Of a DNA stretch of 64,000 bases, positions 20,157 to 31,000 are shown one piece after another (positions within the stretch are counted from its first letter, which is position 1; each line of letters starts with the position of its first letter). The position numbers and the translations under genes are program-made. This DNA is from Myxococcota bacterium (GTDB lineage: Bacteria; UBA10199; JACPAL01; GCA-016699445). Under the pieces are notes generated by a model. The model made no database searches, was not told the DNA's origin, and was given only the letters and a program-made list of their open reading frames with translations. The stretch spans positions 12,301 to 76,300 of the forward strand of contig JBPOJN010000042.1 of assembly GCA_052033505.1 (NCBI GenBank), written 5' to 3'.

Positions 20157-21107
20157 CTAAGATCCCGCATCGCCCAGATGCCCGATCGTATTCGCAGAAA
20201 AAAAACGCCCCGCTTGCGAGTGCGGCGGCTCGGGAAAATCCCAACCCAGGCGCGGGACGACCGATTGATCCACGAAAGACTTGAGGATCTCTTTCGGAAA
20301 AAGCCCGGTTCCTTCGCGGTAGCTCTGCGAAACCGAGGAAAGAAAAACCCGCAGATCATCGACGTGCGAAAAAAGTCCGGCGTGTCCGGAGATACCACCC
20401 AAGGCATAGGCGTTGTCATCATGTACCTCGCCGCGGATCAAACCCCGTCCCGGAGATTGCTCCGTCGCGGCGAATCTGTCCGGAGACCGGGAGCCTGCGT
20501 TTCTTTTCTGGAAGAAGGTGTTTTTGAGCGCCAAAACACTCGCGATTTTATCCTCGAAAATCTGCGAGAGGTCTTTTTCGAATAGGCTTTCCAAAAGAAA
20601 ACCCAGAAGAATGAATCCCAGGTCGCTATAGACCCTCTTCGCGCCCGGAGCCTGTTCGAGCGGCTCCTTCGAGATTTTTTTGAAATAATAAGCCCGGGCC
20701 TCGCGGCGTGACGCATGAGAGGCGTGTTCGGCTTCCCATTCCTTGAAATACGGTTTCCAGGCGGGCAGGCCGGAAGTGTGTTCGAGGAGATGCCGGACCG
20801 TGATTTTTTTCCGCTCCGCATCGTCGAAGCCCGGAAAATAATCCGTCAGAGGACTGTCGATCGCGAGACCGGTTTCGACGATCGCCCGGAGGATCAAAGA
20901 AGCCGTCGCTACGGGTTTCGTGAGTGAAGCGATGTCCCACAGAGTCTCTGCGGTCGCGGGTTCCGGAGAGGGGAGAAGGGTTTGGTGGCCGAAAAAATTT
21001 CGATAAAGAACATCTTCTCCGCGAGCGACCAAGAGACTCGCGCCGGGGAAGACGCCGTCAGCGACGGCTTTTTGCATGGCCAGATCAATAGGGGAAGGAG
21101 CGGTCAT
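20157..21107 (-). CDS. serine hydrolase (beta-lactamase/esterase class C-like)
   Basis: S-x-x-K motif 'IASLTKPVA', with 'HLLEHTSGLP' and 'GHAGLFS'. I moved the start to the ATG at 21107, which overlaps the ldcA stop (TAATG). The longer ORF is Arg-rich and overlaps ldcA. Confidence 0.75.
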   Translation of the reverse strand: MTAPSPIDLAMQKAVADGVFPGASLLVARGEDVLYRNFFGHQTLLPSPEPATAETLWDIASLTKPVATASLILRAIVETGLAIDSPLTDYFPGFDDAERKKITVRHLLEHTSGLPAWKPYFKEWEAEHASHASRREARAYYFKKISKEPLEQAPGAKRVYSDLGFILLGFLLESLFEKDLSQIFEDKIASVLALKNTFFQKRNAGSRSPDRFAATEQSPGRGLIRGEVHDDNAYALGGISGHAGLFSHVDDLRVFLSSVSQSYREGTGLFPKEILKSFVDQSVVPRLGWDFPEPPHSQAGRFFSANTIGHLGDAGS

Positions 21108-22048
21108 TAGAAAATTCCTTGGGTGAAGATGAGCTGCTTGTCTTCGATGCGCCCTTCGCCGCCGAAAGGAATCATCAAGGGATCGGGATGATGTCCGAAA
21201 CGCGCCCCCCAGAGGATGGGGCCCCGGAAATCTTTCAGTCTCTCCTCGCAAACGCGCCGGATCGCGGCCGGGAAAAATTTACCGTGGTGTTTGAAGGTGC
21301 CGAAGACGATGCCGCGGACGTCTTCCAATTTTCCCGCTTGGATCAACTGCGTCAGCATCCGGTCCACGCGATAAGGTTCTTCGTTCGTGTCCTCCAGGAA
21401 CAAGATCGTATCCTTCGTGTCTAATTCCCAAGGCGTGCCAAGCGTCGCCAGAACCATCGTCAAACATCCGCCGACCAAAGTCCCGGAAGCTCGGCCTTTA
21501 CGGAGAACGGCTGTCGCGGAAATCGGATGTTTCGCAAACCAATCCGGATCCGTGATCGCCTGCATCAGGCGCTTCACGGCGCCTGGGCGGTGCAAATGAG
21601 GCGAGACCATCGGACCGTAGAGAGTCGGGAGCCGGTGATATTTCCAAAGATGAATCAAAACCACCGTCAGATCGCTCGAACCCACGACGATTTTCGGAGA
21701 AACGTCTTTGATCAAAAGCGGGAGAAGCCTCTGGCATCCATAACCTCCGCGCGCGAAGAGTAACACCGGGTCGGGGCTGGAGAGGGCTTCGATTAATTCC
21801 GCACCCCGTCTCTCGTCGGGTCCCGCGAGATATCCCGTGCGGGCGCTGATGTCTTTGCGGAACGAAGGCCGCGCGTATTTTTTCAGGAGCGCCACGCCTT
21901 CTTTGAATTTTCCGCGATCGAAAGGCCCCGCCGGCGCGGCGATGCGGATCGGTTCTCCGAGGATGAAGGGACGCGGTTTCAAGAGGCCTCGATTTTTAGG
22001 CGAAAATCCGGATGAAGGAAAGGTTTTTGAGTCTTGGAACATTGACAC
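21107..22048 (-). CDS. ldcA: LD-carboxypeptidase (peptidase S66)
   Basis: 'IRIAAPAGPF', 'GYLAGPDERRGAELIEAL', 'ARGGYGCQRLL', 'GSSDLTVV' and 'FGHHPDPLMIPFG' give the Ser-His-Glu S66 layout. Confidence 0.85.
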   Translation of the reverse strand: MSMFQDSKTFPSSGFSPKNRGLLKPRPFILGEPIRIAAPAGPFDRGKFKEGVALLKKYARPSFRKDISARTGYLAGPDERRGAELIEALSSPDPVLLFARGGYGCQRLLPLLIKDVSPKIVVGSSDLTVVLIHLWKYHRLPTLYGPMVSPHLHRPGAVKRLMQAITDPDWFAKHPISATAVLRKGRASGTLVGGCLTMVLATLGTPWELDTKDTILFLEDTNEEPYRVDRMLTQLIQAGKLEDVRGIVFGTFKHHGKFFPAAIRRVCEERLKDFRGPILWGARFGHHPDPLMIPFGGEGRIEDKQLIFTQGIF

Positions 22049-22080
22049 TTCTCATGCGCCCATGACAGGTTGCGCGCACC

Positions 22081-22677
22081 ATGGATGCAGCGGCGAGCCC
22101 CCTAAAGATCAAAGTCCTCGAACGGCGTAAAATTTCCTTCCTCGAGAAGTTTTACATCTTCGAAATCGTGCGCGGTCTCTGGACGACGATGAAGCACCTC
22201 GCGAAAAACATGCTGCACCTCCGGAAGATCGAGACTTTCGAGTATCCCGAGCAAACCAAACCCATTCCCGACGGCTACCGCGGTGAGCATAGGCTCATGC
22301 AAAAAGAAGACGGATCGGTGAGATGCACCGCCTGCATGCTCTGCGCGACCGCCTGTCCCGCCGAATGTATCGAGATCGTCGCGGCTCAGGACCCCGATCC
22401 GCGCGTCGAAAAATTCCCCGACGTCTACAATATCAACCTGCTCCGCTGCGTTTTTTGCGGTCTCTGCGTCGAGGCCTGCCCCTGCGACGCGATCCGCATG
22501 GACACTAAGAAGATCGACATGTCCGGCTACACGCGTGAGGGTTTCATCTTGGATAAGAACTATCTCCTGCACAATCATCCCGAAGGCATGAGCCCCGTTT
22601 CGATCGCGCCGGACGCCTGGCAGATCGCCGAAGATCCGGAAAAACGCAAAAATCCGGACGCCGGAAAACCGACCTAA
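22081..22677 (+). CDS. nuoI: NuoI-like 2x[4Fe-4S] ferredoxin subunit
   Basis: 'ETFEYPEQTKPIPDGYRGEHRL', 'CTACMLCATACPAECI' and 'CVFCGLCVEACPCDAI'. No other nuo genes are nearby. Confidence 0.7.
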   Translation: MDAAASPLKIKVLERRKISFLEKFYIFEIVRGLWTTMKHLAKNMLHLRKIETFEYPEQTKPIPDGYRGEHRLMQKEDGSVRCTACMLCATACPAECIEIVAAQDPDPRVEKFPDVYNINLLRCVFCGLCVEACPCDAIRMDTKKIDMSGYTREGFILDKNYLLHNHPEGMSPVSIAPDAWQIAEDPEKRKNPDAGKPT

Positions 22678-22738
22678 CGATCTCTTCTTTCTATTTCTTG
22701 GCCCTTTTTGTTTTCTTGGGGTAAGATGACCCCTCTTA

Positions 22739-23737
22739 ATGGCTCATCGTGTTTCTGTCATCATGGGGGATGGAGTCGGACCTGAAATCACCGCGGCGAC
22801 GCGCGAGGTGATCGACGCGACCGGCGTCAAAATCCTCTGGGAAGAAGTCTTCGCCGGCCAAAAAGCTATCGATCGCGAAAACAATACCCTGCCCGACAGC
22901 ACAATCGCCTCTCTCCGTAAAAATAAAGTCGGCCTCAAAGGCCCGCTCGCCACGCCGATCGCGAAAGGTTTTTCCAGCGTCAACGTTCTCCTCCGCAAAA
23001 ACTTAAATCTCTACGCCAACGTCCGTCCCGCGCATTCGATGATCGGCATCAAATCCCGCTACAAAGACGTCGATATCGTGATCATGCGAGAGAACACCGA
23101 GGATCTTTATTCCGGCATCGAACACGTCGTCTCGCCGGGAGTCGTCGAATCCATCAAGGTCATCACGCGCAAGGCCTCGTTACGCATCGCCGAGTTTTCT
23201 TTCAAATACGCGATGCGTTTGGGCCGCAAAAAAATCACCGCCATCCACAAAGCCAACATCATGAAGCTCTCCGACGGCTTATTTTTGGATTGCGCCCGCG
23301 AAGTCGCGAAGAAATTCCCGAAGATCCAATACACCGAAATGATCGTCGACAACGCCTGCATGCAGCTTGTCATGAACCCGCATCAATTCGACATGCTTCT
23401 CCTGGAAAACCTTTACGGCGACATCGTCTCCGACCTGACCGCAGGCTTGGTCGGCGGCTTAGGCGTCGTTCCCGCCGGCAATTTCGGCGAAAAAGGTGCG
23501 GTCTTCGAAGCCGTCCACGGTACCGCTCCCGACATTGCAGGCAAAAATAAAGCGAATCCAACGGCGTTGATACTAAGCGGCGCGATGATGCTCGATCATT
23601 TGAAGGAAAAGAAATCCGCCGAAAAAATCCGCCGCGCCGTCTTCAAGGTCATCAAAAAAGGCAAAAAAGTTACCGCCGACCTCGGGGGGAATGCCACGAC
23701 GACCGAGTACACCAAGGAAATCATCAAAGCGCTCTAA
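22739..23737 (+). CDS. NAD-dependent isocitrate dehydrogenase (isocitrate/isopropylmalate dehydrogenase family)
   Basis: '[11 protein letters not shown]', 'NLYANVRPA', '[14 protein letters not shown]', '[10 protein letters not shown]' and '[15 protein letters not shown]' in a 332-aa IDH3-like protein. Confidence 0.85.
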   Translation: MAHRVSVIMGDGVGPEITAATREVIDATGVKILWEEVFAGQKAIDRENNTLPDSTIASLRKNKVGLKGPLATPIAKGFSSVNVLLRKNLNLYANVRPAHSMIGIKSRYKDVDIVIMRENTEDLYSGIEHVVSPGVVESIKVITRKASLRIAEFSFKYAMRLGRKKITAIHKANIMKLSDGLFLDCAREVAKKFPKIQYTEMIVDNACMQLVMNPHQFDMLLLENLYGDIVSDLTAGLVGGLGVVPAGNFGEKGAVFEAVHGTAPDIAGKNKANPTALILSGAMMLDHLKEKKSAEKIRRAVFKVIKKGKKVTADLGGNATTTEYTKEIIKAL

Positions 23738-23743
23738 TGCGAA

Positions 23744-25009
23744 TCAGAAGCCGCGTGCGAGGTAAGAGAAAAACTGGTCCACGAAGCCCTGTGGGGTCAC
23801 GCTAAAGTCGAATTTGATTGAGACGCCGTCTTGAAAAACGATTTCATTTTTTGAGGATTTTTCCAGATCCACTCTATTTAGGGCCTGTTCCGTTTTTTTA
23901 ATTTCCCCCATCATCTGACGGTAGAGGTCCATGAAGTCGTCTTCCAATTTCGTCCCTCCGATACGATAAAACCAGAGCGCATGAAGTTGTTCTTCGGATT
24001 CTTTAGGGACCATCCGGATGTCTTGGACCGCCTTGAGTACCGTGGAACCTTCCGCCAGGCGTTGCTTTAGGATTTTTTGAGGCCCGCCTTCCAACGTCCT
24101 TCTATCGCCACTGAGCGAGAGGATGCCTTGATCGCCTCGATCCAGCATCGTGCTTAAAATGGCGATTTTATTTCCGGCTAAAGGAAAAGGATAAGGGCTG
24201 GCCATGAGAGTGAAGACCAGATGGCCCCAATAAGGCCGGTATTGCAGGATATTCGTCGTCTCCCGGTAGGTCTCAAGTGCGCATAGCGCGCCCGCCTGCA
24301 TGGCGATGGCGGGGCCGTTATGGAAAAGATTTCCTTCGAGAACTTCTCTGGGGCATCCCAGAGAGTAAGCGATCACGTGTCCCACGATTTCGTGCCACAT
24401 CAAGAGCTCGGGGAAGAATCTGGCGGATTGGAAAACGGTTTTATAAAAACGAACCGCCTGGAGTCTGTCCTCAGGATAGGGAGTTTCCGTAGACGTCGCT
24501 CGAATCGCGAAAGGAGCGTTTCCGAACCGATTGATTTTGCGCGCGAAGTGCCTCAGAGGTTTGTTTCCTCTCATGGTGTCCGGAGATTGGAGCATGAGAG
24601 GTTGGCCGGCCTGTTCTTGGTAATAAGAAAGCCAGTTGGCGATGCCGTTGAGATACGGGTGATCCAGGTTGTCTGGGCTTAAAGCCAGTGCTGTTTCTAA
24701 AATCTTAGATAGGCTCTGGACCACGGTTTTGTTTTTCCCTAAATCGCTGATTTCGAGGGATTGCCGCCCATGAGTTTTTTGTACCGCATCCAAACCTACG
24801 CTCTCCGCGGTGCACTCGAGTCGGCGCATCATTCTTTCGACGCTGGCGAGATTGGGAGAAGTAATGAGAGTCGGCCCGCCGAGCGTGTAGAGGCCGCGAA
24901 TTTGGTCTTGCGATGTAATGAGGAGCGGCGATGGCATTTGAGACTTCCCCCGAAATCCAGAATTACTGTTGCTTAGGTTATCGCCTGCGAAAAGTGTCCG
25001 TTGCGACAA
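23744..25009 (-). CDS. hypothetical protein (orphan, 421 aa)
   Basis: Long ORF divergent from the kinase gene. It contains only an H-E-x-x-x-H string (WHEIVGHV), which is not a canonical zincin motif. Confidence 0.45.
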   Translation of the reverse strand: MSQRTLFAGDNLSNSNSGFRGKSQMPSPLLITSQDQIRGLYTLGGPTLITSPNLASVERMMRRLECTAESVGLDAVQKTHGRQSLEISDLGKNKTVVQSLSKILETALALSPDNLDHPYLNGIANWLSYYQEQAGQPLMLQSPDTMRGNKPLRHFARKINRFGNAPFAIRATSTETPYPEDRLQAVRFYKTVFQSARFFPELLMWHEIVGHVIAYSLGCPREVLEGNLFHNGPAIAMQAGALCALETYRETTNILQYRPYWGHLVFTLMASPYPFPLAGNKIAILSTMLDRGDQGILSLSGDRRTLEGGPQKILKQRLAEGSTVLKAVQDIRMVPKESEEQLHALWFYRIGGTKLEDDFMDLYRQMMGEIKKTEQALNRVDLEKSSKNEIVFQDGVSIKFDFSVTPQGFVDQFFSYLARGF

Positions 25010-25058
25010 AAATGAGAAAAAAGGAAACTTTTCCTGAATTTATACGAAAACTCAAAAC

Positions 25059-27989
25059 GTGATCCCGTCTAATTACATCACTGGCTACCGAACCCTCATG
25101 TCCTCTCTGCAAAAGGGACTGGCGATAGGGATGTCTCGGCAGGATTTTCAAGAGGCCGCCGGAGTCATTCAAAATCTTGTTGGACAAGAAACACTCCCCA
25201 AATTTCTCGCCTTCCCTAGGCAGGGCATTGAGCACATGCTCAAGGATATACTTAGAGCGTCTCCTGCCTCGGTTGTGTCTTCGGAGATCGAACGCTTAGT
25301 GGATTTATTACGAGATTGTGGCTTGCCTCTTCCCGATCCGAAAAATGAACACTATGACTCTGATATCGAGGACTTCTTTCTTCGGTTTTCCGTGGCTCAC
25401 TTCAGTGCGAGGGCGGTTCATTCCGGATCCATTGGTCTCGGAACGGATCCTTCCCGTTCGGCGATTGCAGGTTCTGGTGCGGTCTTTGACAATAGCGCCA
25501 CGCAGAGAACGCCCCCTCATAAGTCCTCTTCTCCGGCGGATTTCCGGATCGAAGATCAGGTGGATGAAAACGATATCTTGATGCTGCAACCTCTGGAGCG
25601 AGGCGGGTCGCCCCGACGCTCGAATTACCGGCTTCTCCGCACGCAGGATTCCAAGCACTATCCTTTGAAGCCGATCGCCACGGGCGGCACCGCGGAGATT
25701 TATTTAGTGGAGGAAATGGATGACCACGGAAAAGGAACGGGACGCATTCTTGCACTGAAAATGATCGTGCAGGGGCCCGATTTTCACGAGCTCTTGGCGG
25801 ACCATAAAAAGGAGAGCGATTTTCTGCGTGGCCTCAAGGGCAAGAATTTTCTGCACCTCTACACGAGTGGTATCTCTCAGACGGGTTTTCCTTTCATCGT
25901 CACCGAATACGCGAACGCGGGATCTTTCAGAAAAGTCATGGATTCGCGGGATTGGAGCCCGCTGCAAAAAATCAATTTCGCGAAACAGATCATCGCCGCG
26001 GTGGCGGATTTGCAGAGATTGGGCATCGTTCATCTGGATTTGAAACCCGATAACTTTCTCGTGTTGTCCGAAGACGATCCCAACGAAGAAGGTGGACAGC
26101 GCTATACTTTGTACTTAGCCGACTTCGGGCTTTCCAAAAAACTTAAAGACATCGTCCCCGAGAAGAAAATTACCGGTACTCCAGGATTCTTGCCGCCCGA
26201 GAAGCTTTATGAATCAAAAGATCCAGTGCTGGACTCTTATTCCAACGACGTTTGGGCCCTGGGCGTCATTTTGTACGAATTGTTGACAGGGAAGTTTCCC
26301 TGGCATGGGAAATCTGTGCAAAAGATCAATATGGACAGCGTGATGCGTGATTTATCCGATCCTGAAAACCCTCAAATCGAGGGCCCTGAATTGTCACGTA
26401 TCGTCTTGAAGGCCCTCGCTAAGGAGCGTGACGAACGCTACCCGGATGCCATGGCTTTGCAGGAAGATTTGGATACCTACATCGCTCGTCCTCTCGAGGC
26501 GAAAGCGGAAGCGGCATGGCAGAAGTATCTGCTATGTGAACGCGACATCGATAAAGGGGCTTATGCCACGGAGTGGGAAAAGAACATCGTCGCCGCTCTG
26601 GAAGAATATTACCGCGTCTACTTGAGCGATCACAAATATCCGGCGGTCTTAGAAAAGATAAAGAACTTGAGCTATGATTTGTACCTCTACGGTTCTGATG
26701 ACGGCCGTGAAGACCTCATGAGATTGGCTGAGCAGAAAATCAACGCGGTCGCCCCGGGCAGTGAGCAGGCCAAATTAATCCAGCAGATGAACACGGTTCA
26801 GGTTCAGATCCTGACGAATGATGGAAAGGCCAGTTTTCCGCAAGGGACTAAACTTTGGTTGGTGCACTACGAAAATCGCGGCGGGATTCTGCGGCAAGAG
26901 AGCATGCTTGAGTTAGACCCCGATAATCCCCTCTTGGAATACCAACGTTACGGCTCCCATTCCCTCGTCTACCACGCGCCCAAACATGTGCCGGTGGTCG
27001 TGACTTTGCCCGTGCGGCGAGGAGAAAATCCCATTCCTGTGCCCATCTCCTTTTATCTGGAAAACGAAATTCCTCCGGAAGGCGTCGTCGGCGTCGCAGG
27101 GGCATTGGCTGTTTTAAAATCGCCGGGTTCTTTGGGCCAGGTTCACGATAACTGGCGTCCCGATGAGAAAAGCAATCGGGACCAGGATCCTATGTATTAC
27201 GATTGGGTCGCTTTGCCTCCCGTGACCTGTGAGAAATGGTTGAGGCACATGAAAGAGAATGGCGGCCTACTCCAGCGCGGTCTCAAGCCCAGGAACTGGG
27301 TCAAGGACGTGACTTCTCCGTTTGGATACCGTTACGAAAATGGACAGTCCATCGATCCTAAGGCTCCCGTCACGCATCTCAGTTTGAAACAGATGGAGGG
27401 TTACTTGGGGGCATTGTCCCACGAATACAAGGAAAAGGGGTATATGCCCGAAGAGTGGGTTTTATCGCCGTTAAATGGATTAAGATTATTTACGCGGGGG
27501 CAGAATAACCGCAGAGTCTTACCTTGGGGGGATCTGCTGGCGCAAATTGGCGGGGTTGCGGCCGTCAAAACCATCGATCAACCGGTCTCGCCGGCGCCTC
27601 TTCCGATTGATCGTCCTGATAACCTCGATGTTTCACCGCTCTCTGTTTTAGAGGGCCTGATCCCCGGAGTGGCTCCCCGCATCCTCCCGGACGTCGTCGG
27701 GAATGTCGCCAAAATTTTGAACGTGAGCGGCGCGGATAAAGAAAGAATTGCCCAAGCTTTCCCGAACATCCCGCGTGACAAACTGCATGAATATGTTTTC
27801 GTATATGGTACCGCCTTCAATAGAAGCGCGTCGATCGTGGGCCCGGATGACCTGACACCGGTACGTATCGACGAATTGGATCAGCTTGAGATCGCTTTCA
27901 TCCCGTTCGGCCGTCTGCGCCGTGCCAACCGTGATCTCGTGGCCGCGAGCGCCGAAGCCCAGAGATCCAAGCCGTCTTTTCGGCGATAA
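25059..27989 (+). CDS. eukaryote-like Ser/Thr protein kinase with long C-terminal beta-sandwich/FGE-like tail
   Basis: 'GGTAEIY..ILALKMI', 'HLDLKPDNFLV', 'DFGLSK', 'GTPGFLPPE' and 'DVWALGVILYELLTGKFPW'. The start is uncertain (GTG 25059 or ATG 25098). Assigning the C-terminal ~400 aa to PEGA/FGE-like folds is weak inference. Confidence 0.85.
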   Translation: MIPSNYITGYRTLMSSLQKGLAIGMSRQDFQEAAGVIQNLVGQETLPKFLAFPRQGIEHMLKDILRASPASVVSSEIERLVDLLRDCGLPLPDPKNEHYDSDIEDFFLRFSVAHFSARAVHSGSIGLGTDPSRSAIAGSGAVFDNSATQRTPPHKSSSPADFRIEDQVDENDILMLQPLERGGSPRRSNYRLLRTQDSKHYPLKPIATGGTAEIYLVEEMDDHGKGTGRILALKMIVQGPDFHELLADHKKESDFLRGLKGKNFLHLYTSGISQTGFPFIVTEYANAGSFRKVMDSRDWSPLQKINFAKQIIAAVADLQRLGIVHLDLKPDNFLVLSEDDPNEEGGQRYTLYLADFGLSKKLKDIVPEKKITGTPGFLPPEKLYESKDPVLDSYSNDVWALGVILYELLTGKFPWHGKSVQKINMDSVMRDLSDPENPQIEGPELSRIVLKALAKERDERYPDAMALQEDLDTYIARPLEAKAEAAWQKYLLCERDIDKGAYATEWEKNIVAALEEYYRVYLSDHKYPAVLEKIKNLSYDLYLYGSDDGREDLMRLAEQKINAVAPGSEQAKLIQQMNTVQVQILTNDGKASFPQGTKLWLVHYENRGGILRQESMLELDPDNPLLEYQRYGSHSLVYHAPKHVPVVVTLPVRRGENPIPVPISFYLENEIPPEGVVGVAGALAVLKSPGSLGQVHDNWRPDEKSNRDQDPMYYDWVALPPVTCEKWLRHMKENGGLLQRGLKPRNWVKDVTSPFGYRYENGQSIDPKAPVTHLSLKQMEGYLGALSHEYKEKGYMPEEWVLSPLNGLRLFTRGQNNRRVLPWGDLLAQIGGVAAVKTIDQPVSPAPLPIDRPDNLDVSPLSVLEGLIPGVAPRILPDVVGNVAKILNVSGADKERIAQAFPNIPRDKLHEYVFVYGTAFNRSASIVGPDDLTPVRIDELDQLEIAFIPFGRLRRANRDLVAASAEAQRSKPSFRR

Positions 27990-28027
27990 AAATTCAAGTC
28001 AAAAAACTGGTAACATTTTCCGGGTTT

Positions 28028-31000
28028 GTGCGAGAAGTAGGGATGGTTTTGCCTTCATCCATGGAGATTTTTCGAAGTCAAATCCGCCTTTGCTTGTCTG
28101 CGGCGGGGCAGCCGGAGAGCCCGGAGTTCCTCGAGGCTTTCCATGGTCTCAAGGATACTTTTCAGAAGTGGAATGACGAGCTTTCGCGGGCACCTTCAAC
28201 TCTTCCTGAGACAAATCCTAAATTCAGATTCCACAGCAAACTCCAACAAGCCATTTATCTCATAGGAAGATCCGCACCCAAGCCGCAACAGGCTGCTTTT
28301 CTCATTTATCATTTGAGATGCTTGGGGTTGATGCCTCACGGCTTCGATGAGTCGAGTCTAGGAAGCTTCGTATCTTCCTTCGCGGATTCTTTGTCGCCTT
28401 TGGACAAACAGGTCCTCGGGGCTTTGTCCGTTCACGAAGACAGTGCTCGCCCTCCTTCCGCTCCGGTCATACGCGTCGTCCCCGTGCGCGGCGGAAGCAC
28501 TCCCATGGACGTTATAGATATTCCTGAATTTGATCCGAATGCTCCGATCCCCGATAGTGATGACTCCCCGGATCTCATGCTTCCCGGAAACGTCATGAGT
28601 GCGGCGGCCCAATATCAAATCATGAGATTTTTGACCGACGGCGGCGTTGGTGATGTCCACCTCGTTGCTGATAAAAATACGGGCATCACCTATGCCGTTA
28701 AAATCCTGAAAAGGCACGAAGATGATCCAGAGCTGGAGCAGAAATTGCGGAAGGCTCATGAAAAAGAAGTAGCTCATCACCGCTATCTCGACCCGGAGTA
28801 CCATGCGCGCGCCATTTTCACCGGCACCAATGCGTCAGGGGATCCTTTTCTCGTCATGGAACTTCTTGAAGGAGGCACTCTGAGCGACAGGCTCGAGAAA
28901 TTACGCCAAGAACTCTTCGACTGCCTTCCGGATCTGGCTCAAAGCAAAAAATTTCAAGAAAGCCTCCTGCGTCTCCGCCAAAAATTGGAAGTAAACTCTG
29001 CTGAATCGATCACTGTAAGTCCCGCGGGCCGTCAGCACTCGCAGCTTCTGCCCAAGCTCGTGGCATGTACTCCGGAATTAGAAGCGGGTGAGACCTTCAA
29101 CGATAAGCTTATGGAGTTCGGGAGCTTGCATGACGACTTGGAAGATCTGCACCTTCACCTCCAAGAATTCCTGACTCCCTCAGTCGACACGAGTCTGCGT
29201 ACGGAGATGGAAGATTTGAAAATCGGATTGGAAAATCTTCAGCAAAAACTGGAAGACCTCCGCAATCTTTACGCAAACCGACTGCCTGAGCTTTTGGACG
29301 TTGCCATCCGCCTGTCATACGCCGTTTCGAAACTTCACGAACCTCAGGACGAGATAGATCACAAGGGAAGCAAAACTGGCAGGAGCCTTCGACTGGTGCA
29401 TCGGGACTTGAAGCCGGAAAATGTGGTGTTTCATAAGAATGGGAACCTGAAACTGATTGATTTCGGGATCATCGGAGAGCCCTCCACGTCCCCCCGGGAA
29501 GTCGAAGAAGGAATCACCGTGGGGTATGCGCAACCCCATGACGTCGACGATGAGCGGCAAGACATCCACGCCTTAGGTGTTATTTTATTCCAAGTGTTTT
29601 CGGTCAATCAGTGGCCTTTGAAAATCTCCAATTCTCAAGACATCCTGCTGAAGCAGTTGGAAGCTAAGGCCAGAGGTGTACCTCATGGGCTTTTTAAGCC
29701 TCTTGCCACGATATTGAAACGCCTCAATGTGCCGCAGTACCTAATCGACATCATAGAGACGGCGACGGGTTCCAAGGGAAAAACGGAAAAAACATACAAG
29801 AACGCCACAGATTTATATCGAGCCTTAGCGCTCGGCCGCATCGAGCATTTCGAAGAAGAAGCGCGGCGGTGCAAAGAAAAAGACGACCCGGACGGGTGGG
29901 CACTGAAAATCAACGACGCGCTGACTCTGTGTGAAAGTCTTTATGAAAAATACGACTCTCCTGTACTCGCAGAAAAACGCCAAGCCCTTCACCTGAGTCT
30001 TTTCAAGGACTCGGAGCAAAGAGGCCACTGGCGGGAAATGCGCGACAGAGGGCGAAAAATCGTCGCTTTATACCCGAATTCCCCAGCCGCTTCTTATGTT
30101 CAGCGCCCCATCAGTGCGGACTTGCGTTTCGACGGAGACGAAAAGCTTCTCAGAGAAGCGCGTCTGAAAGTTTGTTACTACTACAACGACAAAGGCGTTT
30201 GGAAAGAGGATCCCAAGAAGACCCGCAGTTATCCTTATGGGGAATTTCCGAAAAAAATTGAAGCGGACAGGTTAGGGGGTAAACAAGCCGGGTATAAAAT
30301 CATACTTTACGGCGAAAACATCGAGCCCGTCGCCCGATGGCTGCCTTTCCGGCCCGCCTATACGGACATGAGCTCTCCTCGGAACCACGATCTGAGATTT
30401 CCTTTGTATCCACAAAGATCCATTCCGGGAAACGCCGTCATCGTGGCCGCGGGATTTGCGGCCGCCAAAAGGGCATTCAGTCCCAGTGCCGTTCATTTCC
30501 CCGGGGAGGATTGGCGGAAAGTCGATCATGATTTCGCCGTTCTTCCTTTGCAGGATAATCAATCCTATTACGACTACCTCCAATGGCTTCGTGAAAAAGT
30601 CGGAGACGCCGCCGCGAAACAAGCGGTTCCAAAGCATTGGGGCTTCGATCCTTTCGCGGTGCGCTCGCTTTCGGGAAGTCTATCGCTGAAATACAAAGAT
30701 GGGCGCTCCTTTCATAAGGGAGAACCCATCGTCGGTCTCAGCGATAAGTACGTTCAAAGCCTGAAAAATTCAAAAGGAGAGGACGTTTCTTTCCGCGCTT
30801 ATGTCAGTGAAAAACTCGGAGTGAAAGTCGATCTCCCCTCACTGAATGAATACAAGCTCGCTATTCGCGTCTATCAGGCCGATTGGCCTTGGGGCGATAA
30901 GTCGGGACAGGGGAGCGTGGCATTCCAAGACATGACCGGTGCTCATGCGTCCAATGGCCTTCTCCCCGTTTCCGATCAGCCGGCCACGCAGGATGTCTTG

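Noticed and set aside
22081-22677. Treating the NuoI-like gene as evidence of a complex I operon in this window.
   Set aside because: No other nuo subunit is adjacent. Only the single ferredoxin-type subunit is present.
24340-24420. 'WHEIVGHV' in the 421-aa orphan as a zinc-metalloprotease motif.
   Set aside because: The spacing is HExxxH, not HExxH, and I saw no third ligand or Met-turn. This is insufficient to call a protease.
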